Shown here: positions 9,682 through 18,887 of the stretch, one piece after another
How positions within the stretch are numbered: position 1 is the first letter of the stretch
How the letters are laid out: each line of letters opens with the position of its first letter
From: Candidatus Micrarchaeota archaeon
GTDB lineage: Archaea > Micrarchaeota > Micrarchaeia > Micrarchaeales > CABMGC01
Length of the DNA stretch: 64,000 nt
Assembly (NCBI GenBank): GCA_021792095.1
Contig: JAJYVH010000001.1
Span: 225,584 to 289,583 of the forward strand
Direction: 5' to 3'
Position numbers and translations under genes: made by a program
The notes under the pieces: generated by a model
What the model was told of the DNA's origin: nothing
What the model saw: only the letters and a program-made list of their open reading frames with translations
Databases searched by the model: none

Positions 9682-9883
9682 AACTGCACACTTAAAAATA
9701 GCCTATGCAAACGGGCTTTTTACGCCTGAAATGACAGAGCTAATGCACCTTTTGGCATTAGCAGATTTATAAGCGTTGGCGTTTTGCGGAAGGGAGCAAA
9801 ACACAGGGCAGCCTGACGCCGCGACTGGCGCATTTTGCTAGAAATGCTTAAATAAGGGGCTACAGATTGAGAAACGTGGTCCT

Positions 9884-10510
9884 GTGATCTCTGACAACTA
9901 TAGGCACTTTGCCGGAAGCATAGGTGAGAAAGCGAAGAACGGAGAGCCGGTACTGGCCCAGCTGATGCGAAGCGAGGAGCGCGAGGAGCATCGCTCTGCC
10001 GGGAGCTGGCACGGCACACAGACAGTATACTATCCGAAGATCACGATAGTGATAGGAAGGATAGCGAACAACACTCACGACGCCAACAGGGTGATGCCAG
10101 GCAACGAATACAATATCGTGTTTGCAGATTATGTTGTCGATGCGAAGAGCGGAGAAAAGCTATACAACTACTGGCTCAGGCACACGCTGCCGGAGAGTGT
10201 GTTCTCTTCCCAAAAAGCAGACCTGGAGATAATCAGGGTGGCCGATCCGGTAGAGCTGAATAGGCACATCGAAAGGAAAAGCGAGGAATTCAGAATGCGC
10301 TTCGCTGCTGCAGGCGGATACCGCCTGAATTGGGGTACGCCTGAATGGAAAATACCGGCCATGGTGCTGTACCTGAACACTGACGCGATTGCGCAGTATA
10401 TGCTGCGCAAGTATGGCGCGGCGAACATCCACCCTATTTTCAGGGAGTTGAAGATGGAGTTGCCGAGGAATGCGCGGACGCAGAAGGCCACCGCACCAGG
10501 CAGCGCATAA
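9884..10510 (+). CDS. Hypothetical protein
   Basis: 208-aa ORF filling the gap, preceded by TTAAATAA; no motif recognised. Confidence 0.6.
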   Translation: MISDNYRHFAGSIGEKAKNGEPVLAQLMRSEEREEHRSAGSWHGTQTVYYPKITIVIGRIANNTHDANRVMPGNEYNIVFADYVVDAKSGEKLYNYWLRHTLPESVFSSQKADLEIIRVADPVELNRHIERKSEEFRMRFAAAGGYRLNWGTPEWKIPAMVLYLNTDAIAQYMLRKYGAANIHPIFRELKMELPRNARTQKATAPGSA

Positions 10511-10528
10511 GCTGCATTGCCGCGCAGC

Positions 10529-10819
10529 CTAAGCCCGCACCGCGGAGCGCCTAGACTGCCCGATTCGACCGGCTCCGTGTTTCCCGCCCAGCAGCGACCC
10601 GACGCTGGCCACAACACCCATGCTCTTTATCGCACTGCCAAGCGATGCGAAAAGGGCGACAGCATCGTCGGCCTCCGCACTCAGCCTTAGCGTGTTGCCC
10701 CTGGCGCGGAAAGACACGCTGCCTCTCCTGTGCATGGTGCCCATTCCGATGACCTTCACGTACTCGGCCGCTGGCCTGTCGAGCCTTATGCTTAGGATTG
10801 CACGCTGCATGCGCATCAT
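10529..10819 (-). CDS. KEOPS complex subunit Pcc1-like
   Basis: Small alpha/beta protein with R.SVS...L.LSAEADD.VALFASL pattern; coupled to rpl15e. Confidence 0.65.
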   Translation of the reverse strand: MMRMQRAILSIRLDRPAAEYVKVIGMGTMHRRGSVSFRARGNTLRLSAEADDAVALFASLGSAIKSMGVVASVGSLLGGKHGAGRIGQSRRSAVRA

Positions 10820-11397
10820 GAGTTCCTGCTCTGCCCCGACTTTACACTAGGCCTGTTCCAGCTTGTGCCGAAGCCCTTGTTCACCAGCCCCCTGTGCTTC
10901 CTGCCTGAGCTAGTGAGCCCGCGCGACGCCCTGCCCCTCTGCGCCACTACGCCAGCATAGCTCCTGTCTCCGAGCACGCTGGGATGCGTGGCGTCGAGCA
11001 GCACCACCTCGAAGAACTTGTAATCGCCATCCTCGCCTACATAATAAGAGTTGAGCACCTCGCAGTTCGTGAATTTGGCCGCGGCGCGCTCCTCGGCCAC
11101 GGACTGGAGCGACTTCCTGAAAGCGTAATAGCGCCCTTCCTTGGAGGGCTTCCTCCCCGCGGTTATCTTACCTCTGTGGCTAAGGCCCCTCCTGACGCGC
11201 ACCCGGGCGACCACCACTCCCTGCTTGGCCTTGTAGCCGAGTTCCCTGGCCCTCGCAACGTTGGTGGGCTTCGCGACGCGCTCTACCGGCGCCTGCCTGC
11301 GCCAGGCGGCTATGTGCTGCTTCAGTTCCTGGCTCCTCTCGCTGTACTCGTTCCTGAATGTCCTGTTTATGTACTTGTAAGAGTTCATCCTCAACAC
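10816..11397 (-). CDS. rpl15e: 50S ribosomal protein L15e
   Basis: ARELGYKAKQG, EVLNSYYVGEDG, RGLTSSG. Confidence 0.97.
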   Translation of the reverse strand: MLRMNSYKYINRTFRNEYSERSQELKQHIAAWRRQAPVERVAKPTNVARARELGYKAKQGVVVARVRVRRGLSHRGKITAGRKPSKEGRYYAFRKSLQSVAEERAAAKFTNCEVLNSYYVGEDGDYKFFEVVLLDATHPSVLGDRSYAGVVAQRGRASRGLTSSGRKHRGLVNKGFGTSWNRPSVKSGQSRNS

Positions 11398-11415
11398 CTC
11401 AAGGACAAGATTGCC

Positions 11416-12573
11416 TCAGCGCGCAGTAAGCACATCTGCTAGCCCTTTAAGGTATAAATAGGTTGCTGCATACGTTGGCAGTGTAACGGCCTCCTCCTTG
11501 TACGGGCCGAACGTCTGCCCGTTCAGCACTAGCGCATACTTCGAGCTCGCGCGCACCCGCAGCTCTCCCTTCCCGAAAGCGATCGCGTCCTTCAGCGGCT
11601 CGAACGCGCCGAGCGCCGCCATCGAGGGCAGCTTCCTCGCCACCAGGCCTGTGCCGCCGTGGATCGTGTTGGGCAGGCGTATCAGGTGGCTGGGCTCCCT
11701 GGTGACGTTCCTGTCTATCTTGTTGCCCTGCTTCACCTCCTGCGTGTGGAGCAGCGTGCTAAGCACGTCCTGCCTGTTGGGTATAGGGTGGAAGTCCCAG
11801 TTGCCCATGCCCACCTGCTCCCTCACAGCATCGTGGTGCCTGAATATCCACGAGGCGGTGTCCTTGTCTATGCCGAGCGACGTCATCGCCTCCTTGCTGA
11901 GCGTTGCCTCGAGGAACGCTTTCGCCACCTTGCCCCTCCAGCCGCCGTCTGACGGCGAGGGGCCCAGCTGCTTGCCCCTGGCGCCGACGCCCGCATCCAC
12001 CTTGAAGAATGCATCCGTGTCTATGCCGTTGCCGAATACATAGTCGCTTATCTCCTCCCGTGCCTGGGCGCCGAGCTTCAGTATCCTAGGGTCGCGCACA
12101 TGCACGTGGTAGCCCCTGTTGCCGCTGAAGTTCACCTCAATCTCCTTCTCGGAGAAACCGAAATCAGGGACGAGGAAGTCCTCGACGAGCTTGGTCACCT
12201 CCTCCTTCGCCGCCACCAGGCACTTCTCGCAGATCCACTCCTTGCCGTGATCCAGCTTGCATTGCGTGGGTATGTCGTTGGCGTCTATATCGAACCTCAG
12301 CTCTGAGCCCAGCCACTCCTTCCGCTCCATGGGCCTGGCGTCTGGAAACCTGTAATAGGCGGCCGAGTAATCGGCGAACGGAGGCCCGTTCTCCACAAGG
12401 TACTTGTCCAGGTCGGCCGGCCTCTTGAATGCGATGTGCCGGAACGCTATCTTCGACTCGAAGGAGCCGAAGGCGAACTCGCGCTGCTCCACCCTGTCCG
12501 GCGAGAGGCCGCGGTGGAATCTGTAGTAGCCCTTTATCAGCTCGGTCACTATCTTGTTGCCTGCCTCTGACAC
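11416..12573 (-). CDS. priS: DNA primase small (catalytic) subunit
   Basis: ELRFDID, FSGNRGYHVH, HLIRLPNTIHG motifs. Confidence 0.95.
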   Translation of the reverse strand: MSEAGNKIVTELIKGYYRFHRGLSPDRVEQREFAFGSFESKIAFRHIAFKRPADLDKYLVENGPPFADYSAAYYRFPDARPMERKEWLGSELRFDIDANDIPTQCKLDHGKEWICEKCLVAAKEEVTKLVEDFLVPDFGFSEKEIEVNFSGNRGYHVHVRDPRILKLGAQAREEISDYVFGNGIDTDAFFKVDAGVGARGKQLGPSPSDGGWRGKVAKAFLEATLSKEAMTSLGIDKDTASWIFRHHDAVREQVGMGNWDFHPIPNRQDVLSTLLHTQEVKQGNKIDRNVTREPSHLIRLPNTIHGGTGLVARKLPSMAALGAFEPLKDAIAFGKGELRVRASSKYALVLNGQTFGPYKEEAVTLPTYAATYLYLKGLADVLTAR

Positions 12574-12623
12574 GATTAGAGTAGCCGTTCAGGTTATAAA
12601 TAGGTTAAACACAATGCTCTCTC

Positions 12624-12980
12624 GTGGAAGAGATAAAGCAAGTGATAGTCATCAGGAAGGACCTGGGCATGGGCGTGGGCAAGACGGCGGCCCAAGCGGC
12701 GCACGCCTCGATGCTCAGCTATGCCGAGGCTGCCAAGAAAGATCCTGAGATGGCAAAGGCTTGGCTCTCGACGGGACAGAAGAAGATAGTGCTAAAGGTT
12801 GACGATGAGGCAGCGCTTGAGAAGCTCTACAAGGCGTTCAAGTACGAGAAGGTGCCCTGCGCGCTAGTTGACGACGCCGGACTCACGCAGCTGCCCCCGG
12901 GCACCACTACGGCGCTGGGCGTAGGGCCCGACCTGGCGGCCAGGATAGACAGGTTCACCAAGCCGTTGAAACTGCTGTAG
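12624..12980 (+). CDS. pth2: Peptidyl-tRNA hydrolase Pth2
   Basis: KQVIVIRKDLGMGVGK.AAQAAHA, DAGLTQ, GVGP. Confidence 0.96.
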   Translation: MEEIKQVIVIRKDLGMGVGKTAAQAAHASMLSYAEAAKKDPEMAKAWLSTGQKKIVLKVDDEAALEKLYKAFKYEKVPCALVDDAGLTQLPPGTTTALGVGPDLAARIDRFTKPLKLL

Positions 12981-13036
12981 TGGGAAGTTAAAGCCAATAC
13001 ATATAAAGACAGGCGTCTGAAGCACGATGTGGTAAA

Positions 13037-13393
13037 ATGGCGGGACTCGACGACAGACCAGCCAGATATAGCGTTTCTAAAACACAACAGGCCACCGATT
13101 CCAAAGACGCTGTGTCTTTGTTGAATGCGCTTGAAAATGTGCGGAGGGATGGCCTAATTCCTAATTATGTTTTGGTTGGCACTGACGTGCGGCACAGGAT
13201 AGGCAAAGAAGGCACTTCAATAGAGATGACAGTCACTCTGAGCGCAGACAAGGACAGATTTACGGAAGATGGATTTCGGGCTGCGGCCGAGAGGATATTC
13301 ACTTACTTATTCATCTCTAAAATGATAGAAAAGGAGGGCGATGTTGATCCCTGGCCAGAAACCCCAAGGAGGCCAGAGCACACCGTATACTGA
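13037..13393 (+). CDS. Hypothetical protein
   Basis: 118-aa ORF with GTGGT SD; no motif recognised. Confidence 0.55.
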   Translation: MAGLDDRPARYSVSKTQQATDSKDAVSLLNALENVRRDGLIPNYVLVGTDVRHRIGKEGTSIEMTVTLSADKDRFTEDGFRAAAERIFTYLFISKMIEKEGDVDPWPETPRRPEHTVY

Positions 13394-13444
13394 TCGCCCG
13401 ATGCAGAATGCGTTTGCCGCTGCGGCGCCAGGGGAGACGTATTA

Positions 13445-14353
13445 TCACACGAAAGTCAGCCAGTCAGAGAATTCCTCATTCTGGCCCGTGACTGCATCGT
13501 AGTAGGCATCCAGAAGCATTCTTGTTATGGGCCCTGTCTTGCCGTTGCCTATCCTGCGCGAGTCGACAGAGACTATGGGCGTAAGCTCAGCCGCAGTGCC
13601 TGTGAAGAAGATCTCGTCGCTCGTGTAGAGCTCCTCCTTGTGGACGCCGCGTTCCTCGACTACCAAACCCTCGGCTTCGGCCAGCTTGATTATACTGTCC
13701 CTGGTTATGCCCAGCAGTATGTCGGCGTCCTTCGAAGGGGTAACGAGCCTGCCGTCCTGCGCAAGGAATATGTTCTCTCCAGGCCCCTCTGCGACATAGC
13801 CGTCGTGCGAGAGCAGTATCGCCTCGTCGGCCCCGGCCCTCTTCGCCTCCATCGAGGCGAGTATCGAGTTGAGGTAGTTGCCGCTCCCCTTCGCCTCGGG
13901 GGGCATTATAAGCGAATTAATCCTCTGCCACGACGACACCTTGCACCTTATCCCCTTGTTCTTGTTTGCGAAGTAGCTGCCGAACGGCACTGCCGCTACG
14001 GCCACGCTCACCTTCTTGCCCGCAGGGCTGAGGCCTATTTGCTGGTCGTTGTAGAAGCCGAAGGGCCTTATGTAGCACGCGTCGAGTTTGTTCTTGGCCA
14101 CCGTGCTTACGATTGCGTTATGCAGCCTCTTCCTGTCCACGGGCAGTTTCATGCCGTAAATCTCGGCTGTGTTGAAGAAGCGCCTGACATGGTCGTCGAG
14201 CCTGAAGATAGCGGTGCCTTTCTTTGCCTCGTAGGCCCTTATGCCTTCGAATATTCCGCTGCCGTATTGCAGCGAGTGGGTGAGCAGGGGCACAACCGCA
14301 TTTTCGTAGTCCACGAACCTGCCGTCGAGCCAGACGTAGCGATTTGATGCCAT
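13445..14353 (-). CDS. ilvE: Branched-chain amino acid aminotransferase
   Basis: LQYGSGIFEGIRAY, AKGSGNY, EGPGENIF, LLGITR, GTAAE. Confidence 0.95.
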   Translation of the reverse strand: MASNRYVWLDGRFVDYENAVVPLLTHSLQYGSGIFEGIRAYEAKKGTAIFRLDDHVRRFFNTAEIYGMKLPVDRKRLHNAIVSTVAKNKLDACYIRPFGFYNDQQIGLSPAGKKVSVAVAAVPFGSYFANKNKGIRCKVSSWQRINSLIMPPEAKGSGNYLNSILASMEAKRAGADEAILLSHDGYVAEGPGENIFLAQDGRLVTPSKDADILLGITRDSIIKLAEAEGLVVEERGVHKEELYTSDEIFFTGTAAELTPIVSVDSRRIGNGKTGPITRMLLDAYYDAVTGQNEEFSDWLTFV

Positions 14354-14554
14354 GAGGAAATATGGAGCTAAAGATTAAAAGCAGTATCAACGGCTGGGCG
14401 CAACGCGCGGGGCGCTGCTAACCCGAGTGCGCGCGCGGAACGACGGAGGCGCACTCACTTCAAGTTGCCGCTATTGGCAAACCCCGGTTTCGGGGCATCG
14501 CGCCGCACCGAAGTCAGCTCAGGGTCCACGCCCCGCTTGCTTTCCTGCTTCGCT

Positions 14555-14893
14555 TCAAACAGGAGCTGCTGCACTACAGCGCTTCTTTTGTATCTGTTCA
14601 TGCTTTCTCACCTCGCACATATAGACTCGGAACGCCTCCAGTCCCTGCTCGGTCATCCTGAGAGGCTTGTATCCCTCACCCTTCTCCGTGAATTCCACCA
14701 CACCCTCCTTCTGAAGCTTCTTCAAGCAGTACCACACCCCGCTGCGCGATATGTCGTAGGCGGAGCAGACGTAATCTACGAAGCTCGTGGCAGTGGACCC
14801 CCAGTCCATGCCTATTTCGGCCAGCAGCCACGCCTCCTTGCCGCTGAGCCTGAACACTTCAAGAGCATAGCTAATTTGTTTACCCACTTGCAT
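14555..14893 (-). CDS. Winged-helix DNA-binding protein
   Basis: ISRSGVWYCLKKLQKEGVV..LRMTEQG helix-turn-helix-wing pattern. Confidence 0.7.
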   Translation of the reverse strand: MQVGKQISYALEVFRLSGKEAWLLAEIGMDWGSTATSFVDYVCSAYDISRSGVWYCLKKLQKEGVVEFTEKGEGYKPLRMTEQGLEAFRVYMCEVRKHEQIQKKRCSAAAPV

Positions 14894-15096
14894 AAGAGCA
14901 CCAGGAAAAAAGAACTTTGTGCGCCCTTAAGCAGTGGGCCTGTCCTTATTCACGTAGCATGTCAGGAGCATGCTGCCGGCTATCACGGAGAAAGAGTCCG
15001 CCGGCTGCCATAGTCCCTGACCGCTCTGCATAAATACACTTGCGTTCATATCTATCGACAGCAGTATTTAAAACTTTTGTACAAACTGGTGTGTGC

Positions 15097-15948
15097 TTGC
15101 TTTTGGAAACAGAAGTCCCGTTGCTCTGCCTTGTCTCGGTTACTGTGCTATACGCTGCCTTCGACCTGTTCAACAAGCGCAACGTGCCCGACGTCTTCGC
15201 CTACGCGAGCGTGGCGCTTGGTATCGTAGTCACGCTCGTTTACGACTCAAGCGTGCTCCTGGAGAGCCTGCTCATAGCCGCATTCATAGCCGCGATAGGC
15301 TACGTGGTGTACAAGCGCGGGCTGTGGGGCGCCGGCGACTACTTCGAGCTCGTAGCCGTCAGCCTGCTGCTCCCGGTGCAGCCGCTCCCGCTCCTCGTGC
15401 TCGCCAACCAGTTCGCGCTGCCCTTCATACTCTCCGTGTTCATAGCCACTGGCTTCGCCGCTCTGTGGACGGTGCCCACATACTACCTGCTCGTCATAAG
15501 GAGGAAGTGGAGCAGGAAGATGAGCGAGAAGCAGATGAGCTACGGCCTGCTCCTTTTCTTCCTGTACATATCGCTGCTCGTCTTCATATACGCCACAGTG
15601 GGCCTCACACTCGGCAGGGCGCTACTGGTGCTCGCGATCGCGATACCGTCATCGGTCACGATGATGTTCGGGGACGAGATAACGGCAAGGATGGTGAAGC
15701 GCGTGAGCGCAAAGGGCCTGGAGGAAGGCGACATAATAGCGGTCAACATGATGAGCGCCAGGGAACGCAAGGCGTTCTCGGTGCACGCCGCTTCGGGCAG
15801 GCTTGTGACCAAGAGGCTGATGCGCGAGCTCGAGGGCATGCGTAGCACGCTGCCCGTGTACAAGAACGCCGCCCCGCTTGCTGTCTTCATACTCATGGGA
15901 ACAGCCATATCGCTGCTCGTGGGCAATGTGGCCCTCTTCATAATATAG
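15097..15948 (+). CDS. A24 family prepilin/preflagellin peptidase-like membrane protein
   Basis: AAFDLFNKRNVPD and WGAGD catalytic aspartate motifs; multiple TM helices. Start uncertain. Confidence 0.8.
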   Translation: MLLETEVPLLCLVSVTVLYAAFDLFNKRNVPDVFAYASVALGIVVTLVYDSSVLLESLLIAAFIAAIGYVVYKRGLWGAGDYFELVAVSLLLPVQPLPLLVLANQFALPFILSVFIATGFAALWTVPTYYLLVIRRKWSRKMSEKQMSYGLLLFFLYISLLVFIYATVGLTLGRALLVLAIAIPSSVTMMFGDEITARMVKRVSAKGLEEGDIIAVNMMSARERKAFSVHAASGRLVTKRLMRELEGMRSTLPVYKNAAPLAVFILMGTAISLLVGNVALFII

Positions 15949-15949
15949 A

Positions 15950-16828
15950 TCAGGGGTAGAGCAGGTCGAGAAGCCCGCTCTCCGTTTCCTGCGACATGAG
16001 CTCCTGCTTCCTGACTACAGGCACGCCGCGTATCCGGCCGCTCTTCCTCTCGCTGACGAAGAACGGGTAGTTGTTATCGAACGTGTCGCGTATCGCGCCG
16101 AAGAGCTCTGCGCGCTTGGCCATGGTGCGCTCGTTGGCGTCGAAGCTTACCTCATAGAGGTTCCTTGACCTCGCCACTATGTCGAAAGGGGCGAAGCGCA
16201 GCCTGAGTGTCTGCATTTTCATGTTGGCGAACCTCGACTGGCGCAGGCACTGCCTTGATTCCCGGTAAGGCTCTTCCTCGAACCTTATGCTACCGTGCAG
16301 CGCGGACTCGAGGCGCGTCACCGCTGTGCTCGACGCATAGAGGTAGCCGTGCTCGTGCCTGTACAGCATGGACTTGGAGACCTTGGCCTTCCTGGACAGC
16401 TCAGGCACACCAATGTCGGCTAGCTTGATCAGCCTTGAGAGCTTGGCCCCGTCCACGGCGATTTTCGAGCCGAGGGACCTCGACGCCACAAGGCCGGGCT
16501 GGTTGGAAGCAAGCTTGGGCAGCATGTCGATCGGCACGCACTTCAGCGAGAAGCGGTTGTAGCTCGTGCCGTCCTTCAGCGCGCCGTTCTTGGAGCAGAC
16601 GCCAAGTATGATGGGCTCGGCCCCCAGGAACCATGCAAGCTTCTCAAGCTCCTTCGCCTCCTCCTGCGTTACAGAGTCTATGTTCGTCACCGCCTTTATG
16701 GCGAGCTTCCTGCCGCGCCGCTCGGCGAGCACGTCCACGAGCGTGTGCATGTTGCCGGCGAGCACCGTGGCGAAGCCGCTGCCGTTGAGCTCACCGGCCG
16801 CCTTCCTGACCAGCTCTGATTTCTTCAT
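15950..16828 (-). CDS. Conserved archaeal HTH transcriptional regulator (COG1395-like)
   Basis: N-terminal DVLA..IK..NIDSV domain, central Cro-type HTH (ELSRKAKVSKSMLYRHE), APFDIV. Confidence 0.8.
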   Translation of the reverse strand: MKKSELVRKAAGELNGSGFATVLAGNMHTLVDVLAERRGRKLAIKAVTNIDSVTQEEAKELEKLAWFLGAEPIILGVCSKNGALKDGTSYNRFSLKCVPIDMLPKLASNQPGLVASRSLGSKIAVDGAKLSRLIKLADIGVPELSRKAKVSKSMLYRHEHGYLYASSTAVTRLESALHGSIRFEEEPYRESRQCLRQSRFANMKMQTLRLRFAPFDIVARSRNLYEVSFDANERTMAKRAELFGAIRDTFDNNYPFFVSERKSGRIRGVPVVRKQELMSQETESGLLDLLYP

Positions 16829-16895
16829 CGAACAATATTGGCTCAGCTCCTATTTTAAGCTGCCTGGGGCCGCTGGTTTGGTTGGCAAGGGGCGC

Positions 16896-17420
16896 CTACT
16901 TGCTCAGCAGCTTCTCCCCTTCCTGCCAGTTGACAGGGCAGAGGCCTCCTGTCTGCAGAGCCGACAGCACCCTGTACGTCTCTTCGGTGCTCCTGCCCAC
17001 GTTGTCCTGCGTCACCACCAAGTACTTCACTACGCCCTCGGGGTCTATTATGAACAGGCCTCTGGACGCGTTGCCAGTCTTGCTCTCGAAAACATCGTAC
17101 GCGCGGGATATCTCGCCGTTCCTGTCGGACGCCATATAGTACTTTATGCCCTTCAGGCGCGGATCTGCGCCAACCCATGCCTTGTGCGTGAACACTGTGT
17201 CTGTGCTCACGGACACTACCTCGCAGTTCTTCTTCAGGAACTGCTCGTACTCCTTCGCGAAGCCCTCGAGCTCCGTTGGGCAGACGAAGGTGAAGTCTGC
17301 GGGGTAGAAGAACAGTATCGTCCACTTGCCCCTGAAATCGCTCAGCTTTATCTTCGTGAAGTCCGACTCCTTGAACGCGTCTGCTTCGAAATCCGGTGCT
17401 TTCTTGTCTATAAGGCTCAT
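16896..17420 (-). CDS. ahpC: 2-Cys peroxiredoxin (AhpC type)
   Basis: FYPADFTFVCPTE and LCPVNW motifs. Confidence 0.94.
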   Translation of the reverse strand: MSLIDKKAPDFEADAFKESDFTKIKLSDFRGKWTILFFYPADFTFVCPTELEGFAKEYEQFLKKNCEVVSVSTDTVFTHKAWVGADPRLKGIKYYMASDRNGEISRAYDVFESKTGNASRGLFIIDPEGVVKYLVVTQDNVGRSTEETYRVLSALQTGGLCPVNWQEGEKLLSK

Positions 17421-17526
17421 TCCACTCACCACTAGCGCTGCATTATGCGCAGCCAAAGAATAAAAACATTGCACAACTTTCACAGCGCGCGCTACCTTGC
17501 ATCCAAGGGATGCGCAGCAGGCGAGC

Positions 17527-17697
17527 CTACTTCCTGTCTGCCCAGAGCCAGACGAGAGCGGCCAGGAATATGATTATGCCTAGCGCTTCTGGCACAGCTG
17601 CTCCCGCACTGAAAGCGATGTACGTCCAGTACAGGTCGAGCACCACCACTATGATGCCCGTTATCCAGCTTACTGTGTGCTTCGTGTCCATTGCCAT
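17527..17697 (-). CDS. Small two-TM membrane protein
   Basis: Two hydrophobic helices, GGTGG SD and TTTTTAAG TATA-like box upstream. Confidence 0.65.
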   Translation of the reverse strand: MAMDTKHTVSWITGIIVVVLDLYWTYIAFSAGAAVPEALGIIIFLAALVWLWADRK

Positions 17698-17768
17698 TCC
17701 ACCTTGCAATACCGCTAGCGTGCAATGCTTAAAAACGTTGCTGGGAAGTCGCGTATATTACATGCGCA

Positions 17769-18016
17769 ACCGGGGCGGTTCAGAAGGTAAGCACAGTAAA
17801 CCCTTCCCTAGAGTACCTCGAGAATGAGTCCCTTGCGAACTCCAGCCCTATATCGAATCTTTTTGCGTTCTCTTCGAGCCCCCACACCTTTGCTTCTGCA
17901 GGGCACAGTTTTATGTCTGTGCGAACTGGATTAGTTAAGTGCAATCCTTCTAGGGCTTGGCGCTAAAACTACGTTAGAAAAAGGGATATTTGAACGACTT
18001 ATACATGACCCCCGGC
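17769..18016 (-). ncRNA. Putative ~250-nt structured ncRNA of unknown family, downstream of tRNA-Glu
   Basis: Termini pair (GCCGGGG/CCCCGGU). Nested helices CCCUAGA/UCUAGGG, UCCAGUUC/GGGCUGGA, GCACAG/CUGUGC and a GCAA-tetraloop hairpin. G-U pairs favour the minus strand; no plausible CDS. Confidence 0.6.
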
Positions 18017-18019
18017 ACT

Positions 18020-18097
18020 TGGTGCTCCCACCGGGATTTGAACCCGGGTTGCAGGGTTGAAAGCCCTATGTCCTTGGCCGGACTAGACGATGGGAGC
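18020..18097 (-). tRNA. tRNA-Glu(TTC), CCA encoded
   Basis: GCTCCCA/TGGGAGC stem, CT-TTC-AA loop, GGTTCAAATCC, ends ACCA. Confidence 0.96.
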
Positions 18098-18140
18098 CGA
18101 AGCTAATCCTCTCCCTGATTATATATTGCTTATCCTTGCC

Positions 18141-18755
18141 CTACCGTCTCGCCAGGAACTTGGCCGCCACCTGCTGCACTTCCTCGCCCACATCATCAGG
18201 GCTCTGCTCCGCGTTTATTATCTTGAAGTTGAAGCGCTTCGCCAGGTTTAGGTACGCCTTCCTCACGCTGTTGAGCGCGTCCGCCTTCTCGAAGAGCTCG
18301 CGTTTCTCCCTGCCGTTCGCAATCCTCTTCATGGACACGTCAGGGCTCATGTCGAGGAACAGGGTGAGGTCCGGCATGCGGAACGCCCTGTTGACGTTGA
18401 AGAGCCAGTGCGTGTCCACACCTGCGGCGAACCCGTACGCGAGCGTGGAGAACAGATACCTGTCGCACACCACTATCCTGCCGTCCCTTATGGCAGGCTC
18501 TATCTCGTCCTCAAGGTGCTTCGCCCTGTCAGCGCAGAAAAGAAGCTGCAGCGACTTGAACGAAGTCTTCCAGTCCTGCTTCAGCGCCTCCTTTATCATG
18601 CCGCCTATGAGCCCGTTGGTGGGCTCCTTGGTAAGCAGCGTCCTTCTCCCGTGCTTCCTCAGGTACAGCTCGAGGCGCTCAGCCTGCGTGGATATCCCCG
18701 AGCCGTCAAGGCCCTCGAAAACTATGAATGCTCCACGCTTCACCGAAATACCCAC
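18141..18755 (-). CDS. tmk: Thymidylate kinase
   Basis: FIVFEGLDGSG.STQ, VCDRY, PDLT.FLD. Confidence 0.94.
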   Translation of the reverse strand: MGISVKRGAFIVFEGLDGSGISTQAERLELYLRKHGRRTLLTKEPTNGLIGGMIKEALKQDWKTSFKSLQLLFCADRAKHLEDEIEPAIRDGRIVVCDRYLFSTLAYGFAAGVDTHWLFNVNRAFRMPDLTLFLDMSPDVSMKRIANGREKRELFEKADALNSVRKAYLNLAKRFNFKIINAEQSPDDVGEEVQQVAAKFLARR

Positions 18756-18887
18756 TTCCGTAGCTACTGGAGCTTATACTTTAAAAAGAGTGCGCTGGGG
18801 CCGACCGCGTGGGCGCGGTTTACTTCAGGTTACCGTTCAGGGGCTAGGTTTGATAATGCTGCCATTCGATTGCTCTGGGGTGAATGC

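Noticed and set aside
9778..9830. GGAAGGGAGCA resembling SRP RNA helix 8, inside a small branched hairpin
   Set aside because: Lacks the CAGG 5' strand and there is no room for a full SRP RNA; lies between divergent promoters.
14405..14537. TPP riboswitch (GGGG...CUGAG)
   Set aside because: Missing the CCUGAU and AGCG core; ilvE is not a thiamine gene.
14975..15012. HDV-like ribozyme suggested by GCCGGC...GCCGGC
   Set aside because: No G1 wobble, L3 consensus or P1.1 GG on either strand.
17769..18016. tmRNA, RNase P RNA, HEARO/omega-RNA or intron-split tRNA identity for the tRNA-Glu-linked RNA
   Set aside because: No T-loop/CCA domain, no GAGGAAAGUCC/P4 motifs, only a 7-nt CTACGTT match on the wrong strand, and no adjacent IscB or TnpB.
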